64,000 nt of DNA, from assembly GCF_009914755.1 (NCBI RefSeq), contig NC_060937.1. One strand, 5' to 3'. Under the pieces are notes generated by a model, which did not search any database, was not told the origin of the DNA, and saw nothing but the letters and a program-made list of their open reading frames with translations. The position numbers and the translations under genes are program-made. Numbering within the stretch: position 1 is the stretch's first letter; every line of letters starts with the position of its first letter. Shown one piece after another: positions 14,827 through 27,636 of this stretch. This DNA comes from the human T2T-CHM13v2.0 reference genome, Homo sapiens.

Positions 14827-15345
14827 TGTTACCGGATGGAAAGTCTTGACTGCCAGTTGTCCAAGTTCTTGGTGTATTGAACAAAGACTTGAACAAAATG
14901 CTCAAACAAAGCAATGGACGACAGCGACATACATTTGTTGAAGCAAAAGGACACTCCACAGAGTGAAGCAGGCTTAAGTAAGTGGCTCAAGAGGTCTGAG
15001 TATGTTCCCTGGGGTTATTAACTAAAAGAACTTGATAACACCCTTTAGAGGTTTCCAATTGGTTACACACTATGCAAATGAAGACAGCCCACGACCAACC
15101 AGAGGCTGAAGACATGGCCTGCAATCAATCAGAGGCTGAAGTGGAGTTACACTCTATGCAAATGAAGGATAGGCTCACGACCAATCAGAGGCTGAAGTGA
15201 AGACTTGGCCCACGACCAATCAGAGGCTGAAGTGAAGACTTGGCTCGTGACCAAAGGTTGAAGTTTTCCTTTAGGTTTAATTCCAAGAAGTCAGAGGCAG
15301 GTTGGCCTTAGGCTCCCTGTCTCCAGACCCTATTCTCCTGCCTCA
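14827..15345 (-). mobile_element. MER51 solo LTR (ERV1) with internal tandem repeats
   Basis: Minus strand starts tgaggcaggagaatagggtctggag; repeated ccaatcagaggctgaagtg units. Confidence 0.8.
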
Positions 15346-15541
15346 TCTTCTCCAGACTCCCACCAGGTGGTGGCCTCTCTGGCCCTGCCAGGGACTGGGC
15401 GCAGGGAGGGGAGGGGTGGCTGACAGGCCTGCCTGAGGCAGGTGGGCAGTTTGTGGCCTTCGGGCATGGCCTGCTCCAATGGAGGTGCCTCCTTGGCCTG
15501 CCCCAGCTCAGTCCCTCTCCATGCCTCTGGGAGCCCTGGGC

Positions 15542-15725
15542 CTAAATGCTTTTCATAGATTATTTCATTTAATCCTTATTACAGTTGAAATGGCTAATAT
15601 ATTTCTATCTAACTGTTGAGAAGATTGCAGCTTATAGAGATTACATAACTGGCTCAAAGACACGCAGCTAATAATGGTAGAGCTGGAACGTGAACCCAGG
15701 TAAAATGACTCCAAAGGCAACAGAG
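15542..15725 (-). mobile_element. MIR, right half (left half ~10095-10152)
   Basis: ctaaatgcttttcatagattatttcatttaatcctt continues the MIR interrupted at ~10150. Confidence 0.65.
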
Positions 15726-16399
15726 GGTAAACAATTATTATATGTGTGTTCATTTTATTGTTACCATTGTAACAAAAGAGGTACAGGCAAAGACATTTAA
15801 AGAGGATGTCCTACTGTTAACTGTATACTCTCAGTCGATTTTTACTTCCTGGTGAAAACTAACTTAGAAATCTACAAAAACAGGATCAAACAGGCATCCA
15901 AATATAGGAAAAAGTGTATGGCACTTTTTTTATAAAAAGATGGAATGTAGTGAATTATCTTGATCCACATCAGTAATACCATATATATACATGATTATAA
16001 ATTGTTAGAGAAATATACAATTAAAATGTATAATTGTTATCTTCCAATCTGAGTTACACTAGTTTCCTGGTATTAGTAAAACAAATGTATGGAAACCCTT
16101 ATGTAAAAAACTCCAGCTACTTGTGATGAGGAGTATCTAGGTTAAGGTCTTACAACTGGTCTACTCTGTAATATCCTCACAATTCTCCTTTAGTGCCTAT
16201 TCTACCACTCTACTTCTTCCACTTCTTTGGCTTGATAAATAATCTCCTTTTCGTGATCATATTGTTTTTCATTTTTTGTGTTAGTGCATCCCTCACAAAC
16301 TCTAGAACTTTCTTTTCTGAATGCTACTTTTCATAAGAGCCTCCTACCCCCATCTGTTTTAGCTTTTCAGAGAGGACCTAGAAGTACACGGTTTCCTGG

Positions 16400-18540
16400 G
16401 TATCACATATAGAAATGTAGAAAAGCTTTCAAGAATCTAATAATCCTTCTACCTGGCCAACATTCACTGAGGGCAGAAATCTGTACTGACTTGATAACTG
16501 GGGATGAGGAAATCTGGGAAAGAGGTATGTGGATGGTCCTATAAAAGTGGGAACAAAGGGTGAAATCCCTGTATTGCGCAGTAATTTTCACCAGAGAGCA
16601 CCCACTGTGTAAGAGGCATTAAACCAAGTGGACCAAAGGCTTAACCAGGAGATAGCATCTGGTTTCTGTTCTTGGTCACCCCAGTGGGTGGACAATGAGC
16701 TCATGAACAGTAACCACAGTGGCTGAGATGGCGACTTTGCATTGGCTCAACAGCATGGGTCCCTTCCCACCAAGACTAATCTAGTACTGCTGCTGCTCAA
16801 TGTCTAGCCTGCCAATAAGAGACGACAACATAAGCCCCTGTTACTGTGCCATCCTTCAAGATCAATCAGCTGCTTGGTGGCAAGCTGATTATACAAGATG
16901 CCTTCCAACCTCAAAAGAGCAACAATTCATCCTGACAAGTGTTCCTGATAGTTTTACCTTTCCTACCACAGTGCCTCAGCCAGCAACATAATTTGGCAAT
17001 CTATCAGTTCTGAGAAGGAAGTTTGTTTGTTTTTTCACTCAAAAGGGCTCCTTTAGGCCAAAAAAACAATCTTACTATCCTTTTCAGGTGGGACTGGCTG
17101 GACACTCAACTGGTTGATATCCAAGACTGGCAGCCTAGCATAATTAGGGGCTCAAAGCATATGAGTTGAAGGCAGAATGCTAGGCATAGAGCTAATTCAT
17201 AGCAAAGAAAACCCACACTACCACTAGAAGATAACATGTGCCTGTTCCGTAGGAAAGCTGTATTCTTTATGATTAGACTTGCCTCCAGAGCCTGCCCTGT
17301 GATCACAGAACTGAACATTAGAAACATGCCACTGGGAACTTGCTGGTTGGAATTTACTGCAGTGCATTTGTGAGTTCAGGTAAATTCGTCAGTTGATTTT
17401 AGCCCAGTAGACCCAGATGCCAATTTACTCTAAATCTGCTTAGGTCTGGGTTGTTTAATCATCCCACACTTTTTAGTTTTCTCTTATACTCTGGGAAAAC
17501 CATTAAGAGGTGCCCCTGTTGAGAGACTGTCACATGTCAGAAACTTTTTCAGGAAGTTCATATAGAGGAATAACTGTCTACCCCTCTAGTGCTGCCCAGA
17601 AATGCTTGGCCCCACCCAACTTGAATCTACCACCCAGAAATGACTTATGTTAACAATTAAACCTCCTCTGCCAACACTTCAGCACATAGTGTTCAGATTA
17701 CCAAATACACAGCCCTTGGGGAGGTATGTGATCTCATCCTTAGACAAAAAGGAGATGGGTGGAAATAATTTTCTAAGGCCAGCCTGACCAATCTCACATA
17801 ATGCTATTTGAACTGTACCAGCATGACTGTGCCAGTACCTGATCAATGATGAACACCTCCATCTCCTTCTGGGTGTGAAAGTACATTATATATTGATTTA
17901 CTGCTAGATCTAGTCTCCTACTGGCCCTGTCCTGGTAGTCTTGGACTCCTCTAACATGTGCCACAAAGATTAGTTCTAATACCTAAATAAATAGAAGTAC
18001 TACTAGCTTTGAACTATACCTAGGAATTCAAGTCATGCTTCAAATATGCTTTTAATTGTGGCTCAAGCCTTCAATCATGAAAACCTGAAGATCCCCTGCC
18101 CCAACTGAAAGGATAAAGGTGGCTGGAGGGGTGAAGATTGGTATATACTGGATAGCCCAGCATAGCATCTTTAAAGAATGATTTTTACCTAGGAAGTATG
18201 TTCTGGGCTCTGCTCTGTGCATAAAAGGGCCATCTAACTATAGGTCCAGAGCTAGTGGCCTTGCTTTCTTGAACTATGTCTCTGTGCCCAGCTCTGGATC
18301 AGTGATGGGGGTATCTCTTTTCTAAGAGATACTGTGGTTGGCCAGTCTATGTAAGGTCTCCACCTCTAGACTAATGAGCTCTGGGGACATATAAAGCAGT
18401 GAAAACTCTTTTGGTATAAAGCATATTACTGAAAGAAGGAGAAAATACAATTTGCAGAAGGAGGTGAGTTCTGTCCTAGAAGAAGCCAAAGGGAATGCTG
18501 GTCAAACCAAACCAAAATGCCCTCTACAAAGGAGATGTTA
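16400..18540. mobile_element. Degraded ERVL-class internal (pol/integrase-like) fragments
   Basis: gctcatgaacagtaaccacagtggctgagatgg...ggtggcaagctgattatac resembles ERVL integrase; boundaries and orientation approximate. Confidence 0.5.
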
Positions 18541-20849
18541 AAGCCCAGGGTTTGGCCATGGTATCTGGGTTGCTGAAAAGGAGTAGGAGAGGGAGGGATT
18601 AATAGAATTAAGCAGTTCGAGGAATTTCAAGGCTATAGTATGTGTTGAATTTACAATCAAGTTCCCCAAAACATTGGTACGAAAGTAGAGGAAAAAAAGG
18701 GTTAGAGGTCAGAGCAATAACATACTCATTTGGTTTAAAATTTAATCCCCAACTGATAACTGATCATTTTCAGTAACTCCAATTAGTTCTCACATTCTTG
18801 CAAATTAAAGGGAAAAAATCTTCAAGTCAAATTCTCTCAATTATATTGGTCATGATCTAGGTCACTAAATCTATTAAAAGAATCATTCAAAGAAAAATGG
18901 AAGCAGCTGATTTATATCTCCACAAAGCAAAACTGCAAAATATTTTAGAGCTCATACCTTCCTGAAACACAGCTACTTCTCTAAACACTTTATTCTCTCT
19001 TAGATACTTCTTAACAATTATTAGAATTTTAAAAATTATATTAAGAGAATAATTAGGTGAAACAGGACAAGTTCCAGTCTCTGAAAATAATTCTAGTGAT
19101 AAAACAAGTCCCTCAGAAATGACACATCCTCACTATATATGTTTGACTAACATCCCTGTTAAAACATAATTGGGTGATATTTCTCAGGTAGGTATTATTG
19201 TTCTTCAAAAATTAATTACACACTAGTATCATGAATGGTTTCCAGTTCCCTTCCCCCAAATACAAATTTGCTCCAGAAGAAAATCAATAAAAGGTAAACA
19301 TATGCAAGAAGCTAAACTGAATCATTTTATAGAAAATTAAAGCCATATGAAATAAACTGCTCAATATGAAGAGCTTTTGAAGGGATAATCAGGGGGTGAG
19401 GGAGGTAGTTCAAAATTCTGCCACATGGACGCTTGCTCCAAGAATTCCAAGTTTAGGCTACCATAGTAACATAGATCAGTTACATAATTTGTTAAATACA
19501 TTTATAGATGTAAAATGAATCCAACCCTTTTTAGTATAGTTTTAATGGAAAATGTATTCTAAGTTCTAAAAGAAGTTAGCTTACAAATAACTTTCTGAAA
19601 CACAAATTATTTTGGCATTAAAGATAACCTGAATTAGATGGGATTCAAAACTTTAGAAATTCATACCCAAAAAAAGTACATTCAAAATAGCAGTTAAAAA
19701 TACAGGCAATATATGATTAAAAGCCAAAATCTGAAACATACACAATAAATACTTCAGAAGTTTTTAAAAGAAGTTGATCAACATGGGCTACAGAGTCCCT
19801 AAAATGAGAAGGATTTAGATGGAAAAAGTGAGATGAAAGAGCTATATACTGGTCACAGGCTTGAATCAGAAATGATTATTTAATGAGAGTGATACAGCTG
19901 AAGCAAAATATTTGAGCAATAAATAAAAAAAAAAGTAGGATACCTAGGGAAGGACCTGGATAAAGAAAGCTTAACATGTTAGGCTCAGGAGTCTAAGAAC
20001 TGGGAGCTATTCCAAGTTATTAAAGAAGAGATATGATGAAAATAGGGACTTAGGAATATTAGTCAAGTGGCAGTCTCTCTGACAGAGGATGTTTTCTGTT
20101 ACTTTCAGGTGTGAATTTGCAATTCTAACTCTCGAGGCTTAAAAATTTTTAATATACCTGTACTTCCTTTGTGACTTAGACTATATCTTGCTGCTATTCC
20201 CAACCTGACTAGATTCCTTGTCTCGTAGCCTAATTTTACAATTCATTCATTTATTCAAAAACTAGCTATGAAGCACCTCTTATGTGTCAGGCATTGTGCT
20301 AGGGATAGCACACTAAAAATTACAAACCCAGACCCTGTCCTCATGAAGCTGAGAATCTAATAGGGGATTCAGAATGTGGTCTGTCTTGATGAATGTTACA
20401 TGTGAGCTTGAGAAGAATCTGTGTTCTGGTGGTGTTGGATGGAATATTCAATAAATGTCAGTTAGATCAAGTTGATTGGTAGCACTGTTCAGGTCAACTG
20501 CCTGCTTGATTTATCAATCACTGACAGTGGGATGTTGAAGTCTCCAACTTTCATAATGAATTTGTCTATTCTTCCTCCAGTAATTTATCAAAATTACCAT
20601 TTAGGTGCACCTACCAGTTTACAATTCTAGCAGCTCTCATTTTAGGTAAACAGATCTCAGTTGTGACCGTCCACTTTTGTCTGTTTATCCAGATTTCAGG
20701 GTAGGAGTTTGCCCTGCAAATTCAATTTTCTAATGGGTCCAAGAAAAGTCATTGATTTTCAGTTTGATCACCATTTTCTTGTTGTGACGACAAGATTGAC
20801 AACTTTCAAGATATATACACGTTCTAGTTGAAACAAGGAGTCACAAACT

Positions 20850-22662
20850 GATCACCTTTTCTAACTGAAATGAAAAGAATGTATTCTCCAAATCAGTGGC
20901 TGCACAGCCTGTAACTGAAACCTTATTAATCTACTCTGGCAGTGATATCACATCGGGCAAAGTAGCTGCAAATGAGGCTACTAATTGTTTAAGTCTGCAG
21001 TAGCCTACAGTTTTTCCCCATAAGACACCCAGTTTCTGCAGCCATTAGGCTGGCAAATTAAAGAGAGCTATGTTAGGCAGCAGTATATTTGCGTCTTTTA
21101 GGTCTTTAATTATGGCACTAATCGCTACTGTCTTCCCTGGGATAAGAGATGTTTTTGATTTACAATTTTGATCTGATGAAGGGAGCAGTTTCAGAAGTTT
21201 TTATTTGGTCTTTTCCCTACCATGATAGCTTTTACTTCAGAAATTAGAGACCCATAAGGGGGTAACTTTCAACTGTCAAGTATATCTATTTCAATTATGT
21301 ACTTGGTGATGGAGATAGTTATCACTGCAGGGGTAGGGGAGTCTGTGGGCACATTGAGCCCACTGTGATTTGGAATTTGGTCATAGATTTCCACTCTAGG
21401 AATCAACGTTAACTCAGACCCTGTGCTCAATCATCCTTGAGAGATCTAGTTATTTCCGTTTCCTCAGTGTACAGTCACCTGTGTAAATGGCCAGAGGTCC
21501 GTTTTGGGAGGACTGTGGATACTGTCATAATATAAACTTTGACTAGTATTGCAGGGCCCTTCTTAGGAATCCAGCCACTTCTTTGGTCAGTAGTTTCTGG
21601 TTCTGGAAATTAGTTCAGGTCTGGGAAATGAGTAAAGAATTATGCTTTCCACTGGGCTGACTGTCTTCAGCCTCCTGCTCCTCTGTTCTTGCTTTTCTTT
21701 CTTTAATTAGAGATGCTGAACAGCACCATTCTTAATTGGCTTGGCAAGCAGGGGAGGAGGTGGGTGCAGCTCCTGAGGGGGAAACCAGTTGTCTTGTTGG
21801 GAAGAGGCCTCCGCAGCATCTTCCAGGACAGTGGGTACTCTTCTAGCCCTTATTAGGGAAGGGTGGGCCACCTCTGCACACCCAGAGGGTTCAGGTAGAC
21901 TTGTAGACTCCAGATCCTTAGGGGCACCTATCCAGATGTCCTGTCAGAGTTTTCAGGATCCCTGGTCATCCCTATCAGGGCCCTGTCCTTCACATAACAG
22001 ACCTACCTGGGCTGAGCATTCAGATGCCTCTGGAGCTCTGCAACTCTCACAATTAGGTCTTTAGCCTGTTGTTTTACCCTGTCCACCCTTCCACTACTGG
22101 TATAGAGGGCCTCTTATGAGGCTACCACCAAGGCTTTCTCGTTTCACATACTTGTTAACAGTTCTCAGCCTCTCATTATCCTTATGTAGGGTGTCAATAC
22201 AACTTAGCAGCAAATGCTTGCATCATGGCTTCTTCCACAGTATTCTACTCCAACAGGACATTTTCCAAGATCATCATCAGTGCAATCTTTATGAAGTGAA
22301 CTGCCACATTGGGCCAGGATCTATTGCTGTCACACCTACCAATCAGAACAGATCCTGCTACATGGTGAGTGAGCCAGTTACAAATTACCTCCTATTTTCT
22401 CGTATCACTATCCATACTCCTAGTTTTAGAACTGGTCTTCTGAGAAGCAGACACTAAGATGGGATTACATGTACAAGGATCATGTTATCAGATATGCCCA
22501 TGTAAAAGGAAATAGAGAGGGAGCAGGAGGAGGCCAGGAGAGCAGTCTGACAGTAATGCAAGTCTTAGCCCTAGTAAAGGACAGTGAGAGAAGGTTGGCT
22601 GAAAGCAAAAGCATCCTAGGCTGTAATGTAGTCTAGGAAAAGTTTGGCAAAGCCAACCAAGA
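20850..22662 (-). mobile_element. Degraded ERVL internal sequence plus LTR fragment (LTR appears to resume ~27775-28010)
   Basis: ERVL protease/gag-like decayed sequence, then LTR-like gaagcagacactaagatgggatt, cut by the U6/L1 insertion. Confidence 0.5.
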
Positions 22663-22769
22663 GTACTCACTTCTGCAGCACATATACTAAAATTAGAATG
22701 ATACAGAGAAGATTAGCATAGTCCCTGTGCAAGAATGACACACAAATTCATGAAGAATTTCATATTTTT
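22663..22769 (+). pseudogene. U6 snRNA pseudogene (full length, 107 nt)
   Basis: gtactcacttctgcagcacatatactaaaattagaatgatacagagaagattagcatag...catattttt aligns end to end with U6; ACAGAGA box intact; several CpG-decay changes. Confidence 0.95.
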
Positions 22770-24317
22770 ACAAGCCAGAAAAGATAAGAGTCCTATCTTC
22801 AGCCTCCTTAAACAGAATAACTCTCACCCAATAATTTTGTATCCAGCAAAACTAAGTTTCATAAATGAAGGAGAAATAAAGTCATTTTCAGACAAACAAA
22901 TGCTGAGGGAATTTGTCACTACCAAACCAGCACTATAAGAAATGCTAAAAGGAGTTCTAGACCTTGAAACAAAAGCCCAATATGTACCAAAACAGAACCT
23001 CTTGAAACCTTAAAACTCACAGGGACTATAAAACAATAACACAATGAAAAAAAACTATCTAGGTAACAATTAATATGATGAAGAGAACAGTGCCTCGTAT
23101 CTCAATATTAACACTGAATGTAAATGGTCTAAATGCTCTGCTTAAAAAATACAGAATGAATTTAAAAAATCACAAACCAAATATCTGCTGTCTTCAAGAG
23201 ACTCACCTAACATGGAAGGATTCATATAAACTCAAGGTAAAAGGGTGCAAAAAGATATTCCACGCAAATAGAAACCAAAAGTGAGAAGTAGTAGCTATTC
23301 TTATATCAGACAAAACAGACTTCAAAGCAATAACACATTAAAAAAAAGCAAAGATGGTCACTATATAATGACAAAAGGATCAATTCAACAAGAAGATATT
23401 TCAATTCTAAATTTATATGCACCTAACACTGGAGATCCCAGATTTATAAAACATTTTAAAATGTTTAAATTTTAAAAATTACTACTAGATCTAAGAAATG
23501 AGACAGCAACACAATAATGGTGAAAGACTTCAATACACCACTGACAGCACTAGACAGATCTTTCAGACAGAAAGTCAACAAACAATGAACTTAAATGACA
23601 CTCCAGAACAAATGCACTTAACAGATATTTACAGAACATTCTTCCCAACAACTGCAGAGTATACATTCTTCTCATGAGCGCATGGAACATTCTCCAAGAC
23701 AGACCATATGATAGGCCACAAAATAAATCTCAATAAATTTTTTAAAATTGAAATCATATCAAGTATATTCTCAGACAACAGAGGAATAAAACTAGAAATC
23801 AACTCCAAAAGGAACCCTCAGAACTATACAAATACATGCAAATTAAATAATCTGCTCCTGAATGATATCTGGGTTAACAATGAAATAAAGATGGAAATTT
23901 AGAAATTCTTTGAATTGAATGATAATAATGACACAAGCTATCAAAACCTCTAGTATACAGCAAAAGCAGTGCTAAGAGGAAAGTTAATAGCACTAAAGGC
24001 CTGTATCAAAAAAGGTGAAAGAGTACAAATTGACAACCTAACGTCATACCTCAAGGAGCTAGAGAAACAACAACAAACCAAACCCAAAGCTACAAGAAGA
24101 AAAGAAATAACAAGATCAGAGTAGAACTAAATGAAATTCAAACAAAAAAACCCCAAAAGATCAATGATACAAAAATCTGGCTCTTTGAAAAAATAAACAA
24201 AATAGAACATTAGTTAGATTAACCAAGAAAAGAAGAGAGAAGATCCAAATAAGCTCAATTAGAAATGATCCTGGAAACATTACAACCAACACCACAGAAA
24301 TAACAAAAGATCATTCA

Positions 24318-24615
24318 AGCCAGGCATGGTGGCTCATGCCTGTAATCCCAGCACTTTGGGAGGCTGAAGTGGGCAGATCATTTGAGGTCAGGAGTTCAAG
24401 ATCAGCCCGGCCAGTATGGTGAAACCCCATCTCTACTAAAAATACAAAAATTAGCTGGGTGTGGTGGTGAATGCCTATAATCCCAGCTACTCGGGAGGCT
24501 GAGGCAGGAGAATCACTTGAACCATCAGGTGGAGGTTGCAGTAAACTGAGATTGTGCCACTGCACTCCAGCCGGGGTGAGAGAGCAAGACTCCAACTCAA
24601 ATAAAAAAAAAAAAA
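24318..24615 (+). mobile_element. Alu inserted in L1
   Basis: Sense dimer; TSD ~aaagatcattcaa/aaaatcatttga. Confidence 0.92.
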
Positions 24616-27297
24616 TCATTTGAGGCTGCTATGAATACCTTTATGTGCAGAAACTAGAAAACCTAGAGGAAATGGATAAGTTCTTGGAAACATACAACCC
24701 TCCTAGGTTAAATCAGGAAGAAATGGAAACCCTCAACAGATCAATAATAAGCAATGAGATTGAATCAGTAATTTAAAAGTTGCCAACAACAATAAGAACA
24801 CCCAGGACCAGATGGATTCACAGCTAAATTCTACCAGGCATTCAAAGAATTGGTATCAATCCTACTGAAACTATTTCAAAAGACTGAGAAAGAGGGAATC
24901 CTCCCTAAATCATTCTATGAAGCCAGTATCACCCTGATACTAATATCTGGAAAGGATACAACAAAAAAAGAAAACTACAGACCAATTTCCCTGATGAACA
25001 TAGAGGCAGAAATCCTCAACAAAATACTAGCTAACTGAATCCAACAGCACATCAAAAAGATAAGGTACCTTGATCAAGTGGGATTCATTCCAGGGATGCA
25101 AGGATGATTTAATATATGCAAGTTAATAAATGTGATATATCACAAAAAACAGAATTAAAAACAAAAACCACATGATCATCTCAACAGATGCAGAAAAAGC
25201 ACTGGACAAAATCCAGCATCACTTTGTGATAAAAACTCTCAACAAACTAGACATAGAAGGGACTTACTTCAAAATAATAAAAACCACACATGACAGACCC
25301 ACAGCCAACATCATACTGAACGGGGAGAAGTTGAAAGCATTCTCCCTGAGAACAGGAACAAGACAAGGCTGCCGACATGCACCACTCCTATTGAATATAG
25401 TTCTGGAAGTCCTAGCCAGAGCATTCGGGCAAGAGAGAAATAAAGGGCATCCAAATTGGAAAAGAGGAATCCGAACTATTGCTGTTTTCAGACGACATGA
25501 TCGTATACCTAGAAAATCCTAAAGACTCCTCCCAAAAGACTCCTAGATTTGATAAACAAATTGAGTAAAGTCTCAGGTTACAAAATCAATGTACACAAAT
25601 CAGTAGCACTGTTGCACAACAAAATGACCAAGCTGAGAATCAAATCAAGAACTCAATCTCTTTTACAATAGCTGCAAAAACAAAACAACAACTAGGAATA
25701 TACTTAAAGCAGGTGAAAGATCTCTACAAGGAGAACTACAAACCACTGCTGAAAGAAATCACCGATGAAACACACAAAAAAGGAAACAACATCCCATGCT
25801 CATGAATTGGAATAATCATTGTGAAAAGGACCATATTGCCCAAAGCAATGCATACATTCAATGCAATTCCCATCAAAATACCAACATCATTTTTCACGGA
25901 ATTAGAAAAAAAAATCCTAAAATTCATATTGAACCAAAAAAGAGCCCAAATAGCCAAAGCAATCCTAATCAAAAAGAACAACTCTGGAGGCATCATATTA
26001 CCAGACTTCAAATTATACTACAAGGATATAGTTACCAAAACAGCATGGTACTGGTATAAAAAACAGGCACATAGATTAATGGAACAGAATAGAGAACCCA
26101 GAAATAAAACCAAATACTTACAGCCAGCTGATCTTCGACAAAGCATACAAAAACATAACTTAGGGAATGGACCCTCTTTTTAATAAATGGTGCAGGGAAA
26201 ACTAGCAATCCACATGTAGAAGAATAAAACTGGATCCCTATCTCTTACCTTCTATAAAAATCAACTCAAGATGGATCAAAGACTTACATATAAGATCTGA
26301 AAGTATAAAAATTCTAGAAGACAAGGTTGGAAAAATTCTCATAGACATTGGCCTAGGCAAAGAATTCATGACTAAGATGCAAAAAGCAAATGCAACAAAA
26401 ACAAAAATAAATACATAAGACCTAATTAAACTAAAAAGCTTCTGCACAGCAAAAGACATAATAATCACAGCAAGCACACAACCCACAGAACGGGAGGAAT
26501 TATTTGCAAACCACACATCTGATAAAGAATCTAGAATCTACAAGGAACTCAAACAAATCAGCAAGAAATAAACAATCTCATCAAAAAGTGGGCAAAGGAC
26601 ATGAATAGATATTTCTCAAATGAAGATATACAAATGGCCAACAAACATGGAAAAATGCTCAACATCACTAATCCTCAGGGAAATGTAAACTAAAACCACA
26701 AAGATGCTACCTTACTTCTGCAAGAATGGCTATTAAAAAGTCAAAAAAAAATAGATGTTGGCATGGATGTGGGGAAAAGGGAATGCTTATACACTGCTGA
26801 TGGGAATGTAAATTAGTACAACCTCTATAGAAAACAGTACGGAGATTCCTTAAACAGCTAAAAGTAGATCTACCATGTGATCCAGCAATCACACTGCTGG
26901 ATATCTACCCAAAGAAAAAGAAGTCATTATACAAAAAAGACACTTGCACACATATGTTTATAGGAGCACAATTCATAATTGCAAAGATGTGGAACCAACC
27001 TAAGTGCCCTTCAGCTAACAAGTAGATAAAGAAAATGTGGTTATATATACACCATGGAATACTACTCAGGCATTAAAAGGAATGAAATAATGTCTTTTGC
27101 AGTAACTTGGATGGAATAGAAGGGTAATATTCTAAGTGAAGTAACACAGGAGTAGAAAACCAAACACCGTATGTTCTGACTTATAAGTGGGAGCTTTACT
27201 GAGTATGCAGAAGCATACAGAGTGATATAATGAACTTTAGAGATGCAGAAGGGGGTGGCTGGGAGGGAAGGAAGGGATAAAAAAACTACACATTAGT

Positions 27298-27636
<339 letters not shown>

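Noticed and set aside
15085-15260. Repeat-spacer-like array resembling CRISPR
   Set aside because: Irregular tandem units inside a MER51 LTR; the spacers are related to each other; eukaryotic context with no cas genes.
22735-26892. Cluster of endonuclease/RT ORFs as an active retroelement or novel RT-ncRNA system
   Set aside because: Decayed L1 ORF1/ORF2 with many stops and an Alu insertion; the adjacent RNA is a mutated U6 retrocopy with no recognisable U6 promoter.
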